The notes beneath the pieces were generated by a model that saw nothing but the letters and a program-made list of their open reading frames with translations, searched no databases and was not told where the DNA came from. A stretch of DNA of 61,447 nucleotides, filler included, from Basidiobolus ranarum (lineage: Eukaryota): the NCBI GenBank assembly GCA_040143965.1. It is 12 parts of 12 records of this genome, joined end to end, with 100 filler letters (N's around TTAATTAATTAA, not from the genome) between each part and the next. Parts side by side here need not be neighbours in the genome. Positions count along the whole stretch, not along the records: positions 20,558 to 25,590 come from JASJQH010008611.1; positions 25,691 to 30,722 come from JASJQH010008612.1; positions 30,823 to 35,853 come from JASJQH010008613.1; positions 35,954 to 40,977 come from JASJQH010008614.1; 8 more parts are not named here. One strand, written 5' to 3'. Positions 23,253 to 36,463 of this stretch are shown one piece after another; the stretch's first letter is position 1; each line of letters opens with the position of its first letter. A program made the translations under genes and the position numbers.

Positions 23253-25053
23253 GGTGATAGCGTGGACAGAATGATTTGTAACACAATCGAGGTACTTTAT
23301 AACTAACTGGAGTTTAGCTTTATATGAGTTGGAACCAGAGAGTATACATATATAAAGATGCAGTGACAGTAATGTAATCCATTGTTTTTGTGACTGTTGC
23401 TAACTGTAATGATACTAATGAAACCCTGAATTCAAGATGAAACCTTGTTTTACTAGGAAACGACATTTGTAAGTAGTGACGATGTTAATGATATCTACTA
23501 TGAAAGAATTGCAATAGAACTGAATGATTCGTTACTAAGATTACTTGACGCATGACATGGTCTAGTTGCGTTGAAAATGAATGGTATTTTGGGTAAATAC
23601 TGGATATTCACTTTGATAAAATACTAGACATTCATCCGGATAAGAAGCAGTAATTTGAAGGATCAATTGAGGATCAATCAACAGAGCATTATTATATTGC
23701 TGTATATACAAACCTATCTCTTCTTGGGCTTGTATCAGTGCTGAAGTCAATTCCAGTCCAGAACACCCCTCAAAGTATTAGGTTCGGTAAATAATAACCG
23801 AACATGAATAGTCAGTCTTCAAATTTCCATTTCCATTTTCAATCCATCAATCTATAACTAAAACGTACTGCACTCCTTCCATTCGCTACCTTCCATTCAC
23901 AAATTGGAGCCGATATTCCACGAAAGGTGGTTTGTTTTGCCATTGAAATGCCATGCAACCTCAAATTCCAATTAGGCATGCAATCAAAACCATCCTTTGA
24001 TTATTTAGGACGCTTGATAGAAAATCGCCTCATCCATATTATTTTTCTCGTGTTGTCGGGATAGTGCAAGAGTACTCCGATGGATTTCTAGCTCAGAATA
24101 ATGGTGATATAGAAACACTAACGCCAAGCTGATTTAGGTTTTATCGTGTTGCTTGGGGTTAGTATATAACTATTTCAAGGCAGATTTGATTATATTGAAA
24201 ATTTTTGCAAGGTTTTTTTTGCATTCAGATAACTATTTCCAAAAGTATGGTATTATTTGTATTGCCTGTATGTATTGCCAGTATGTATTGCCAGTGACTG
24301 TCCTTTTGTAGTTCTAGATTTTACTAAATCTGCTGTACGCTAGTTAATTTGGGAAACTCTTTTTATGCTTAATCTTTTCTTAATCATTCCTACTGCATTC
24401 TATCAATGCTTGCGCTAGTACGAAACATTTATCCTGTCACCTTTATTTGTTACCTAATCTCCCAGTCTTATTAGCCAACTCTAACGCCAAGTACAGTCTA
24501 GAATCAACAATTCCTTCAATTAGTCAATGATTGAATGTCTCCTTTTCTGCAGCATGATTATGCCTACCCAGCAACATAAAAATATAAGACAGAGAGATCA
24601 GAGTGCCTACACAGATTGAACCATATAGTAACTAGAATCTCTTGCCTAACAAACTTATCCCTGACTACGTTATAGATGGTGATGGTATTCTATGCACTCA
24701 CCTTTAAAATATTCAACCGGCAACCTCTCGGTTGCCAAGATGAATACTTGTCTAGACTTTATAGTATTAATGGTGGATGGTGCATATTCTTCATAGACAA
24801 TGGCTTACCAATCTCTAGGTTCTAAGCTTTTATCCCACCTGAGTAAACCTGAATGCTCTAACTACGTTTACTAAAGCTGGAATGGGTTCTAATAAGATGT
24901 GAACGGGTGGAATTAATTATGGTAGTGATTCCAACTGTTCCGGATCTAGTTGTACTTTTACCAGTAAGAGAGCTGATAAACCATTGACCAACCATCGCTT
25001 GATCTTCGTTAACCAACCAACTGGTGGATCGTTGAAATAGCATTGATTGCTTG

Positions 25054-25186
25054 AATCTGTCTCCTTTAATCTAATCCGCTTATATTAGCCAAATCCGTCT
25101 CCGTTTACCTGATCCGCTTATATATACTAAATCCGTCTCCATTGCACTGATCCGCTTATATTAACCAAATCCGTCTATATTAACCT
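25054..25186 (+). repeat. Minisatellite: seven 19-bp units alternating A/B (38-bp higher-order period)
   Basis: AATCCGTCTCC.TT.ACCT alternates with GATCCGCTTATATTAACCA; units start at 25054, 25073, 25092, 25111, 25130, 25149, 25168. Confidence 0.85.
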
Positions 25187-25370
25187 AACAACTTATGGAT
25201 CAATTGTGTCCATAAAAGGTATGTTTAGTGGAAATATGCTGAAATAAGACGGTATACCAATTCCTTGACAAACATAAAGGGATGTCCGATTTAATAATGG
25301 GGCATTCAAATCCGTTGAACTGGTTATTGATTAGTTAATTGACTTACCAAGCCGTGGCATTAGTAATTTA

Positions 25371-25590
25371 GGGGGGGATGAAAAGCACCAGATGATGTGG
25401 ACTTTATTTAGCTTAAATACTAATCTAAACAAAGTGACAATCAAGACAACAATCTTTTAAGATGTTGTGACAATACTGGATCATATCCATACTTAACCTG
25501 ATGACCAATGTAATCAAGCTCAGAGGAGGTAAATATAGTGTTAAGGGGCAAATGTGGTAAGCAGAAAGGAAGGTACTCAGTGCAAACCAG
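25371..25590 (+). repeat. Putative transposon end (TTA|G7-ATGAAAAGCACCAGA), related to 60986
   Basis: Shares GGGGGATGA.AAGCACCAGA.G.TGT..TTTATTTA..TAAACAAAGT with 60986 onward. Confidence 0.55.
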
Positions 25591-25769
25591 NNNNNNNNNN
25601 NNNNNNNNNNNNNNNNNNNNNNNNNNNNNNNNNNTTAATTAATTAANNNNNNNNNNNNNNNNNNNNNNNNNNNNNNNNNNNNNNNNNNNNCTAGAAGAAA
25701 CAAATATGCAAAAGATACTTGATTCATGAAATAAAATGGTATTAATTGAGGCATAAGTTAGTTGGCTTA

Positions 25770-26921
25770 CCAATGAACCGCTACCGGTTTTCCTCAATCA
25801 ATAATTCGGAAATTTTCACCAAGATACTCTGGAATTTACGCTCCTGTACATTCTTGATGATTACTAGCTTGGATCCCCCACGTTTGATAGCCTGTTCGTC
25901 ATTAGGTAAGTTGTAGGCTGCTGTCATGGGTACTGTAGCGTCTCCACCACTATACAATTCGTTAACGACTACAATTGGTGTTGATCGCAAGTGTTTGTTC
26001 TTGTATTTTTCGTCAATCGGGAGATGAGCCTCAACTTCAGGCAAAGACTCCTCAAACACTTTAAGTACAGCTGAAGATTTGAAGTCTCTAGCATGTATAA
26101 ACATTTCAAAAGAGGCTTTGTATGAGTTCATCTTATCATCATAAGTTTCGTAAGGACCAACGGTAACTAAATTAGGACCGTATTAGAAATAGTAAATCAA
26201 AGCGAATATCAAGTATCAAACACTCACTCTCTAAAGGACTCTTCTCGCTTATGTTAATCCAGTCAAGCTCACTTTCCAAATATTCATTACTCAAGAAACT
26301 CTCTCCTCTAGAGCTTAGAAATTTACTCAAGCTCTTATCGGATACCAATTTGGCAGCTTCCTGAAGTAATTTAGACGCAGGTTCAAGGAGATCTTTGTAT
26401 TCTTCCGAATATGGTACCAAATAAAGATTACCACTGTTATCACGTTTAACTACATGATAGAATCCTTTTGCTTGCTCTTTTTTTTCTTGACTCAATGTCT
26501 CCAACCAGGCTTCATACTCAGTTTTAGTCATATCGGTCGGATAGAAATTAGCCGTATCAGGACGAGGTTTGACTCCCTCAATGAAGGGTTTATCTTCTTC
26601 GATCAAGTCCCAGGGGCCTTTAAACAATTTGAATAATTCCAAAAGTTTAGGTTCTTCCTTTGAACAGTTGTTCAATTTTTCGAAAAGTTCTTCATTTCCA
26701 GGTGCAAGCTGTCTGATATAGACTTGATCCAACAAGTGTGCTGCTTCCACTAATTTTTTTACCGCCTCTTTATCGCCTTCAGTTAATTTACTCAAATCAC
26801 CTGATAGCTTCACTTTTTCGAAACGAGATAGACGATCTTTTAAAGTCAATGAACCATCTTTCGAAGGTACAGGACATCCATCCTGAAGTTGTGAAGTAGA
26901 TAAAATAGAAGATAAAGTCAT
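25770..26921 (-). CDS. Peptidase family M49 (dipeptidyl-peptidase III; bacterial / plant NUDT3 C-terminal type); 3'-partial; intron 26167-26227; in-frame TAG at 25781-25783
   Basis: KGPWD, ANFYP.DMTK.EYEAW, VPYSEEYK..LE.AS.LL.EAA, FLSNEY.ESE.DW, E|ITVGPYETYDD..YKASFE, TAAYNLPNDE..GSKLV..KNVQE.KF. The next intron (GTAAGC..TTCTAG) runs to the contig end. Confidence 0.85.
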
Positions 26922-29900
26922 TGTATAGCGAATGCACAAACGTTGGACAAGTTCCTCTGTTTGTTTATTCTATATACCTCATCACGTGTTTTGGCTTATA
27001 TATTTGCGTAATCTGGTGGCTGATGTTGGCCGTGAAATAAACACATACTTTGAAGTTTGATTAATCTCCGGCTATGATTTTGATTAAGTTAGCTAGGCTC
27101 ATTAACAAACCTACACTCGGTGATTGAAAAGGTCACTTAAGGTATTGTCTAAATGTTAGAGTTGAGCACTTTGATATTCAAAATGACATGTATAGCTTAC
27201 ATTGTAGATATTTCTAAACAATATTTCAAAGATAAAGTTTGAAAACGGTTCAAAACTTCTTGATATTCTTAATACATTTGTGAAAAGATGGAGGCTTATG
27301 GATAAATAGAGTAAATGTGGATTGAAAAGGGCTTATTTATTGAAAAGAAATGAAGTAATCATAGTAGAAGATGAATACAAACAAATAATTTAGTTGTGTT
27401 CGGTGCAGCAACAGGAGTAATATGAACTATATAATTTGGAAACTTCTGTTGCATTCAGTATTTTAGATTAAACTATACATATACTTTGAGATAAGGAATG
27501 TCGACCAGCTTGCTAAAATACAGCAAATGCCATACAAATGTAGTCCCATAAATATAACCACCTAAGTTTTGACACTTGACTCTATATAATGAAACATCCG
27601 GTGCAAGCCATATTTCTTCTTATTATCTTAAATATTGACAACTAGTGTCATTAGTACTAAGCTGAAAATGTTTTTCAATCTAACTTCAGCAGAGAGTGTG
27701 ATATACAAACAAATTGATTCTAGAGAGATATCAGTCTCAAATTATACTTACAACTCACCGACAGAGCCATTTATTACATTTAGGATGGAAAATATAGAGA
27801 ATACTAAGTCAATCCGCTTTGAGTAATGGCTAGCCTAAGTGAAAAGCCAACCGAAATTACTAGTTGAATCGAAATGCCATACATACCCCAGTTAAAAACG
27901 AAGACTTGAATTTACCACTAGAAAACCAGCAGAACATTGTCAAGATACCAGTTAAAGCAATGAAAACAGCAGGAATGAAAAAAGTTTACCATTTCCTCTA
28001 GGAATATTGTCCTACAATATGAACCACCAGATACCACTATAACAATTCCCAGGTATGAATACTCATAAGCTCTGATTAATCCACAATACCCAGGTGAGAG
28101 ATGAAAGAGAAAAATCAGGTGAGCGACTAATCCACACTCTGTTCAAAAAACAAATATGACTAAATATTGCACTGGTAAAGTCGATATTGAACTGAATCTA
28201 TTTTTTGGTTTCGTCATACATTTTGGAGCGAAAACCGTTGGTATCTACTTGCAACTTGACAATGAAATACGAAACATTAAATTTTATAGGCTAAAGCAGT
28301 GAGTCACAATCAATATCGTATGACCCATAGTGGGTAAGCCTACTTTCAGATAACACTAACATGATAATAATGTAAATTCTTAATTGGTCATGTCGGTCGA
28401 ACTCTACGAGTCTGCATGAAATGGCTAACAATAAACCTAACTGCGATATCAGACACTTGGAATGGTAACAAAGTAATCAGCAAACTGTTTCAAATTAACT
28501 GGAGCTCAAACCGCCCTTCAACTGGATTAACTCATTTGCCATGTTTCTATTGCGATACAGTCAAGGAGGAGGTACTGCATGTAGCTATACTATTTTCATC
28601 TTAGATTATTTGGCAAAAGATTCAATGTCAAATCAGAGGATATATCGTTCGAGATTTACCGTGTGGTACTGCTCGATAAATACAGCGGGCTAACGTTACT
28701 TCGAACGGATGGAATCATAGCATAAGATCGATTATCGATCTAGTGATACTGGGCACTGTTATCCCAGGAGCTTCCTGCCCAACCAATATATATGATGCGT
28801 TCTCGTATCCTAGAAAGCAACTGTAGCGAGAATAAATGATACAGTTGAAATTGTATGGCGGCTAAATCTGAAAACGGGATGCTTTCAGCTGTATAAAACA
28901 TGACAAACCATATCGACCATTCACCCTGTGATGCCAACTGTTCATGTGGGCTATGCCAATTTTAGATATGGCCAATGAATCCGCTTTCCTGTGTAACAAT
29001 TAGGTGTCAGCAAAATGATAATCACCTTGGACTAAGCCATTGGCTTTCCCTCTACATCATTGATTACGCGTCTCTTTACAAACCAAGTGCCCATGCTCCA
29101 AAACGATCCTTTTAAGCAAGGAGTGGTGAGCGCTTGGTAACATCTGAAGATATGAGTGAAGAAAAACTGTGGAGTCCAGATAGAAGAATATTGTAATATA
29201 CTCTGATTGTCTCCTTAGGATCGACTTTCGAGATATTGCTCGCAAATTTACCAAATCTGCCAGAATATACAAAATTCTCCCTTTCCACACTCCTTCCAAT
29301 AACTCTTAATATCCACTTGAACATTTACAGATCTACTTCGGCCATGCCGATTGGCCCTCTGGCTAGGTGTACTACCCAGGAGATTGCCCGCCGATAATCA
29401 GGAGGAATATCCCTCGTATCACGCATTGTACAAGTGCCAACCTGTGGGACTCTATGCAATCTCTATGCATTCAAATTCTAATCCCCAACTTCGGTCGATA
29501 ACGAATCCTAAGGCGATCCAACCATTGGCTGAGTTCTCCAGCAGAATCTACTGCTTACATGTGAATCATTCATGTTGTCAATAACTGACCCATGTATACT
29601 GGATCAGCAACTCTAAGTTCCATGGCAGCATTCAGCAGCAACTGAGCTAACGAAGCGTCCATGTGGCTTGACTTCCACCTTAGATAACTAGCTGTCTGTA
29701 TTCGAATACATGGATAAGAATCTTGCATGGCTAAAACCTGTTGCGTTAACTTGTGGGAGCTTCGAAACCAGTAACTCCTTCGCTTAAACCGTATGGAATT
29801 CATAAATGGGTGGAGAAATGCAACTCGGCATCCATAGCGGTGAATACAATTGGTGGTGTTTGTTGTACTTGTCAAGGCCTATCTATGTTTGGATACAGAT

Positions 29901-30822
29901 AACCTTTACCGGTAGTAGATGATTCATGTGTTTGCGGTGTTGATTATCAAGAGAAGCAAGAGTCGCCACTTACACTTTCCCTTCATTTTCCTTTATTAGG
30001 ATAAATTAGGAATGTATTAGGCTTGTTGAACAGTACAGGATGCGAGTAGGAGTGGTGTTAAGCCAATAAACTGCAGATATCTCCATTGTCCCTTGTATAA
30101 TTCTATGAATGTTAGTGTAATTATGAGGACATGTAGCAACCGCTATTACCAAATCTTACAAAAGTGAAAGATTTGCTTGTCGTAATCCGCTCAAGTACGT
30201 GACCAATACATTGGTTCTATTGTAGATATCCTTAAAAAGAATAACAAACATATGGTTGATTCTACAATCCAAGGTGAAGGAATTCGATATTTGGCCAATG
30301 ATAAAGCTCGTAGAGAGATTCCATTGCAGCATTCTATTCTCACATCTATCTAGATTTCACGTGCATTATCACGTGGTTTTCCATCTACACCACACTCCGT
30401 AGCAAAGGTAATATAGTCCATATTAGGAATCTGGGCGGTATAAAAATAGATCCATACCAGGGACAACGGATCTCAGAGATGGGGATGTTAGGGCCATTGA
30501 TTTGCAGTAGGATTGGATATGGTCATTATATTGGAGGTTGAGTTACGAAGACCCATTTTCTGAATTCAAGTTTGTTCTGTTCTCGATATAGGTAACATCC
30601 CAATTCAGCAAATCCGAGTATTGTGCTGGATTACACATCTAGCATCATAAACTGGTACACTAGGATGAAGCATAAGATAAAATTAAATAAAATTTAAAAA
30701 AACCTAGCGTAGATGATATACANNNNNNNNNNNNNNNNNNNNNNNNNNNNNNNNNNNNNNNNNNNNTTAATTAATTAANNNNNNNNNNNNNNNNNNNNNN
30801 NNNNNNNNNNNNNNNNNNNNNN

Positions 30823-30891
30823 TACGTTGTTGAAGATGGTGATATCATTTTCTTCAAGTTCAATACCACCACCCAACCAAAGAAGAAATAA
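30823..30891 (+). CDS. OLA1: C-terminus of Obg-like ATPase OLA1/YchF (5'-partial)
   Basis: YVVEDGDIIFFKFNTTTQPKKK* at the contig start; this is the signature C-terminal motif of YchF/OLA1. Confidence 0.85.
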   Translation, partial: YVVEDGDIIFFKFNTTTQPKKK

Positions 30892-31942
30892 ACATTCTCT
30901 AGATATTTTATTATTCTAGACGTATACAAATCAAACCTATCTATAGTTCGCGCATTTTCTTGATTTTCTTGGGAGAAATATAACCAGTATAGCTAGACAT
31001 GCATACACACCGATGTCTTATCATATCACTCTCAAGTAACTTACGTGGGAAATCCTCTGCAATACGATTATGATGAAGTTTAACTTTTATAATATGCCTT
31101 AAAACTGAAATTAAGTGTTTAGAAGGTTGATAAATCACAATGAAATACAGTGAGAATTTTTTTAACATTTTGATGACGTTGAATCATCATTGATACACGT
31201 CTGAGAAAAGTGGATCTTATGTTTTAGTACAATGATACATAGGATTTGAGTGGCATTTTGGGGAGAGATGTAGTATATAAATGAATCAATCTAACTAATG
31301 TAGCACCAACTGTTGATTCACCAACTTGGTACTACAAATTGAATTCTGGACTGCTAATGACCTAAATAGATTAGTAACGACACTCCATCTAATCTGGCCA
31401 CGCATAATTGCAATCTTGAAATGGTATTTTTATTTATTTACTTTCTAAAACTTTAGTATGTTAAAAATGACTTCATTCAAACACATACAACAAGAGGGAT
31501 AAAGGGTCAAACATCGTTATATCTAAGAATTGAACTAACTAGTAAAAAAAGAAAAGTAAAAAGAAACTGAGCATATAACTTTCTGATTCAACCTACAGCT
31601 TTCTACATATTGAACTAAGCAATGCAAGCCTATTTATAAAATGCTGCAATAATCGGTCTGCAAGTGTGAAGCTTGACTAGAAATAATACATGAGGTTTAA
31701 GGGATAAAGGAATATTACAGGAAATCATGTTGAAGCGAGAATGAGGCCGTGTATTAAAGAGATCTTTAGGAGGAATCATTAGTCTAGAGCGACCTGACAT
31801 GGATTTGAAGATTTAAACCCATGAACAAATTCAAGCTTGGTGTATTACAGGATGTATCAGTAGCATCTCATCGGAGCATGTTACTAATACTCGATTCTGA
31901 AGAGCTCTAATGAAAACAAAACATCAGAAAGCAATTATACAG

Positions 31943-33457
31943 CTATAGTTTCAATAAATGACTTACTCTAGAATGAAATATCCCTTTGATCCTTTCTACT
32001 CGGTCATCAGCAGTATCTGAGCTCGATGCCAGAGAGTTGAGCATTTGTTCAAGCTCAACAACATCAAAACTGGCGTCAGACCTACTATCCGTGGAGATTG
32101 GGGTAGATGCACAGGAAACTTGAGAAAATGAGTATTCTGATTCGAAAGAAAACGAAGATTGAAAAGATAATCCAGTATTCAATTCCCAAAGATCATGGTT
32201 AGTAAAGCGACGGACATATTGTCTAAAGAAATATCCCAGAGTAGATAGACGGGTTTCAATTTCTCCCCCTGTCTCTGGAAAACGCATCTTAAAGTCTCTC
32301 AGACGACTCACTCCTTCACGAATAGATCCTGGGACTCGAATTAGGTCAAAGATTTGATCCAAGTCAGAAATACAATCTATTTGAATTCTAAGACTGTCTC
32401 CCTGACGATATCCAGAAATTTGCGGAGAGGCTTCAGCTATATCTTGGTTAATGGACAAATCAGAGATGAACTCTTCTGGAGGCTCATCGTTCTCACTTAG
32501 AGTCAGGGTTTTGACTTGGTTCAAAAGTGAAATCATATTGCGATAGACTATACTCTTCTCCGCGTTTGAAAGTGGAATTGTTGTCGCCAGTTCTTGATCT
32601 GACATGATGTTATGAAGTGCTCTTGGAATGGTCATTACTACTCGTATAGGATCGATACCTAACGACGTTTTTACTCTTCGATCTGTCGCAAGTCCTTCGC
32701 CGTAGCTTTCAAAGAAACATCGTACGTCTGAAAGTAATTCATTAAAGTTTACTTGACTGAAAGCAATATCAGCTTGGAGTGATTTCTTGGCTCGAATGAT
32801 CAACTTGCGGATTAGCCCACAAGCACGATATGGCCCAGATATAAACTCACGAGTTAAGAAATGCCGCTCAGTGATACTTTTACCATACAAATGAATCAAC
32901 ACTCTATAAATACCATGAGATTAATAACAAGCGTGCTAACCAAAGTACAATGATATTACCTACCTATATATGGTATTGGGATTGGCATGTCTAGTAATTT
33001 TTTGAAACAAAAAATCAATGGAATCCCCCAATGAATACTTATCGCTAGTGGGAAGATCTTTAGCTAATATATCCAGATTGAAAGGTATGAGGCGTTCGAA
33101 AATGGATCTCAAGGTTTCATATTGGAGTCCTAAGACTAAAGTCTTACATGAGCAAATCTTCAATAGACTTAGTAATAGATGTTTTATCTGTGAAGGCGTC
33201 AAGCTATCTTGCTCCAGTTGCTCCAGCACTATAGTTAACTTCAGGGTGATCGAATTGGTAAGGTTATTTACGAAGGGGACTAGAGTATTGGCATTTTTAT
33301 CTGCCAAGTTGAATATAAGTTTCGACGCTCGTATAGTCTCTTTAGTATCTCCTCTCAGTATCACTCCAGCTAAAAGCTCCTTTCGCAGAGGTAAAGGCCC
33401 AAGGACCTCACGCTGGTTACCAAAGGATACAACTCTACTGAAGTGTGATACCAACAT
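31943..33457 (-). CDS. Divergent protein resembling only the C-terminal region of XMAP215/ch-TOG (Stu2/Alp14 family); 484 aa; intron 32904-32963
   Basis: Two ORFs are joined in frame by a GTAGGT..TATAG intron. HEAT-like helices (IKHLLLSL, NELLSDVRCFF, DPIRVVMTI..L) and LDQIFDLI...IREGVSRL.DFK.RFPE...IE..L......FRQYVRR match the XMAP215 C-terminal domain. Confidence 0.72.
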
Positions 33458-35160
33458 ATATGGACTCTGCTTATACTCTGCTGGAAAATTAAGTCAAGTT
33501 TGGGTGGCAAAAGGTAGTTGCGTTTATAGAATAAGAGGTATATCAGAGAAATCTGACAAACTGAAGAGTTAAGTTTAACTATCAAAAAGGTGCTTGGGTA
33601 GTGGAGAAAGGGAAGAAGGAGGATTTTGGAGACAGAAGTTCCAGGAGCGATTGAGAAGGTTAGAAAGGGATGAAGTTTTAAAGGTTGTTAAGTTAAGTTT
33701 TACCCGATGCAAACGTACCAGGATTTTGATTAAAGTGGAGCATTAAACAAGGACCCCGCGGTCCAATATATATGAGCTGCAAGAGAGTGTAGAGTTGTAC
33801 CTATGCATGTATGCATCTTTTGTGTATCAACAAGAATGAGAGGTAATATATGATGCACACATAATTGCCGACAGTTTTACCATTTTCGGTTATTTTGTCA
33901 AAATTTGAACAGTCAACCAGACGAGGGACAATATAGATCCTTATTATTGACATGGCTGGGCTTATGTTAGATAATGAAACACCATCGTGCACCTTGATTT
34001 TGATGCAACGCAACTGTCAGTTTGTATGTTGCAAGGCAACATCGATTAGGATAATCCAAATCACAATTGACCCTAGAGATTGATTGTATGCTCACTTGGA
34101 TCCATACAGGTAACTTTCCTGCATTTGATTTCATGTTTCCGCCATCCAGGGCTCTGAACTTTTCAAGAGAATTCCATGCAAGATGACTCACCCCGATAAT
34201 AGCTATACAATTTTCAAGTCTCAGTCTGTTGGCTGAACCAAATGATGTCTCAGGTAGTCAATAGCCAGAGGAGTGATACGAAGTTGGCACTAATGAAGAA
34301 TGGGATCGAGTGATCAATTGAAGCTGACAAGAATGCATCTCATTGCCTTACCGCACCGCACCATCTCATCCAACTCAGGAGCACCGGTGGATAAGCCATT
34401 GCACGCAGGCATACGGTGTTGCGAGAACGACATCGTGGAGCCAGAGGAACAACTTGGCCTTTCTTATCGCTAGATCCATGATTTGAAGGATCGCATAAAT
34501 AGCATCATCTATAAACCTGCACTATCCAGAAGCTGTTAGGGATGCAGTCTTCACCTGACATAGGGCTCAGAGAGCTGACGGAGCTTTTCATAATTTTCCA
34601 AATGTGCACAAAACCACAATTCAAGACATCTAGCTGATAAGCATTATTGCCGAGATGAAGGCTTGTCCAATCATGGGCCTCCCCACACCCGTCCAAAGTG
34701 GCAAACAAAGATCCATGAATCAAAATGATTAACGTGTGGTAGAGGTAGAAAAAGGAAATAATTACCCTATTTGGAATGATTCATTATCTATATATTCCTA
34801 CGACCTTTTATTTTTGTCAGGCTCTCATGATGGTAGCCCCCGAATACAGGATGCATGCTGCGACTTGCAAACATGCCGATGTTGTCCCATATAGAATTAA
34901 GCTTTCAATTTCAAATATTACTGGGAAGATTGGTGGATAGCAGTCTCAATTAATTAATTGTCGTATTTTAATAATGTAAACCATGGATCTATACATTCAT
35001 GAAATTGTTACTTTCTGTCACTAGTACTTCAGTAAATCAGAGGGGAAATATCAGTGGAGCGATTTTTAATACTTGGGGTAAAGTAGGACATATTGTAGGA
35101 GTGCCAGATTCAAACAGAAGTGCGACGGGTGACACCGAAGTAAATTTCCGGTGAAGGGCC

Positions 35161-35853
35161 CTAGTTTTTGAAAAAGAGAACATCTCCATCATCTTCCACG
35201 AAACGGCACTTAGTCCAACTGTGCCACACTGCTTCGACCAAAGGTCTGTTGTCGAAATAGTAGTATTCACCTAAAACTTTCTTAATGGCCTCAGTAGCTT
35301 CTTCAGCATGATAATGAGGCATTTGCGAAAAGAGATGATGAGCGATATGTGTATCGGCGATATGATGGAAAGCAGCATTCAGAATGAATCCATAGTCACG
35401 GTCAATGGTAGCCAACGCTCCGCGTACAAAGTTCCACTCATTGTTACGATAGTGAGGAAGTTGTGGATCGGTGTGTTGTAAATAGGTAATTAACACCAAC
35501 CAAAAGTTCACCCATAAATAAGGGATAACATAAAACTTCACAACGGTCATACTACCATATACTTGTCCGGCATAAGTCAAAGAACCAATTGTGGTGCAAA
35601 TACCCAAAACAGAGGCCACAATTTGCCACTTGTCTTTATCATCAAAGATAGGTGACCAATGATGGAAATGGGAAGTCCATTTTCCATAATCTTGTCCAGA
35701 GGCATTCCACAAAAGATAAGCTGGCCATCCAAAAGTCAGCATAACGAAAATCCATCCCAAATCCATTAAAGGAGCGGCCATGATAGCAGAATCATCGTGG
35801 TCTTCTTCATCATCCTTCTTAGGAGCTAAACCATACTCAGTACGAGTGGCTGG
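35161..35853 (-). CDS. FAD2: Delta-12 (omega-6) fatty acid desaturase, 5'-partial
   Basis: GWPAYL..NASGQ, YVIPYLWVNFWLVLITYLQHTDP, WNFVRGALATIDRDYG, third His box HIAHH, PHYHAEEAT. An omega-3/bifunctional paralog cannot be excluded. Confidence 0.88.
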   Translation of the reverse strand, partial: PATRTEYGLAPKKDDEEDHDDSAIMAAPLMDLGWIFVMLTFGWPAYLLWNASGQDYGKWTSHFHHWSPIFDDKDKWQIVASVLGICTTIGSLTYAGQVYGSMTVVKFYVIPYLWVNFWLVLITYLQHTDPQLPHYRNNEWNFVRGALATIDRDYGFILNAAFHHIADTHIAHHLFSQMPHYHAEEATEAIKKVLGEYYYFDNRPLVEAVWHSWTKCRFVEDDGDVLFFKN

Positions 35854-35953
35854 NNNNNNNNNNNNNNNNNNNNNNNNNNNNNNNNNNNNNNNNNNNNTTA
35901 ATTAATTAANNNNNNNNNNNNNNNNNNNNNNNNNNNNNNNNNNNNNNNNNNNN

Positions 35954-36463
35954 CCCATCAAGAAGACCTTCATTCAGATACCAACAAGTGCGCTCCCATT
36001 CTAGCCATCCATACATACCAGCTAGAGCAGGCGCAGTTGCAGGGATAATTGATGCAAAAATAGCTCCAACAATATACCATGCTTCGTAACGTTTTGTATC
36101 TTTTACTTGATGGATAAACATCAATTGTAAGCTAAAGGCAATTAATCCTTTAAGATAGACTGAGAGTAAGGAGAAGTTGACATATCCCCATACAGAAAAA
36201 GAACACCAGAAACCCGGTTTTTCAATAACGTAGCTCAACACTTGAAATATCGAATAAATTAAATCGGCGATACTAACGTAAAAGGTCAACCTCAGAGAAA
36301 CTCGGTCAGCTAACTTGGGGTCGTAGATGTAAATTAGTGTAATGACTGCTATGATTCCAAGAGAGCATGCGATTGACGGGATACTCAACACAATATCCAG
36401 TTTTTTGAAGAATATTGTATCATCTAGATTCAATGGGATGAAGAATATCTCGCCGTGGGACAT
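35954..36463 (-). CDS. cAMP-receptor-like / Git3-like 7TM GPCR, 3'-partial
   Basis: Four TM helices visible, with DRVSLRL..YVSIAD, a Cys at the start of TM3, RYEAWY and the ECL2 CWY motif. Confidence 0.75.

Noticed and set aside
25054-25186. CRISPR-like array
   Set aside because: Units are contiguous with no unique spacers, no cas genes are present, and the context is eukaryotic.
28560-29880. Possible decayed gene with a faint resemblance to MpaB/DUF2236 oxygenases
   Set aside because: Too many stops and frameshifts; the motif match is too weak to support without a search.
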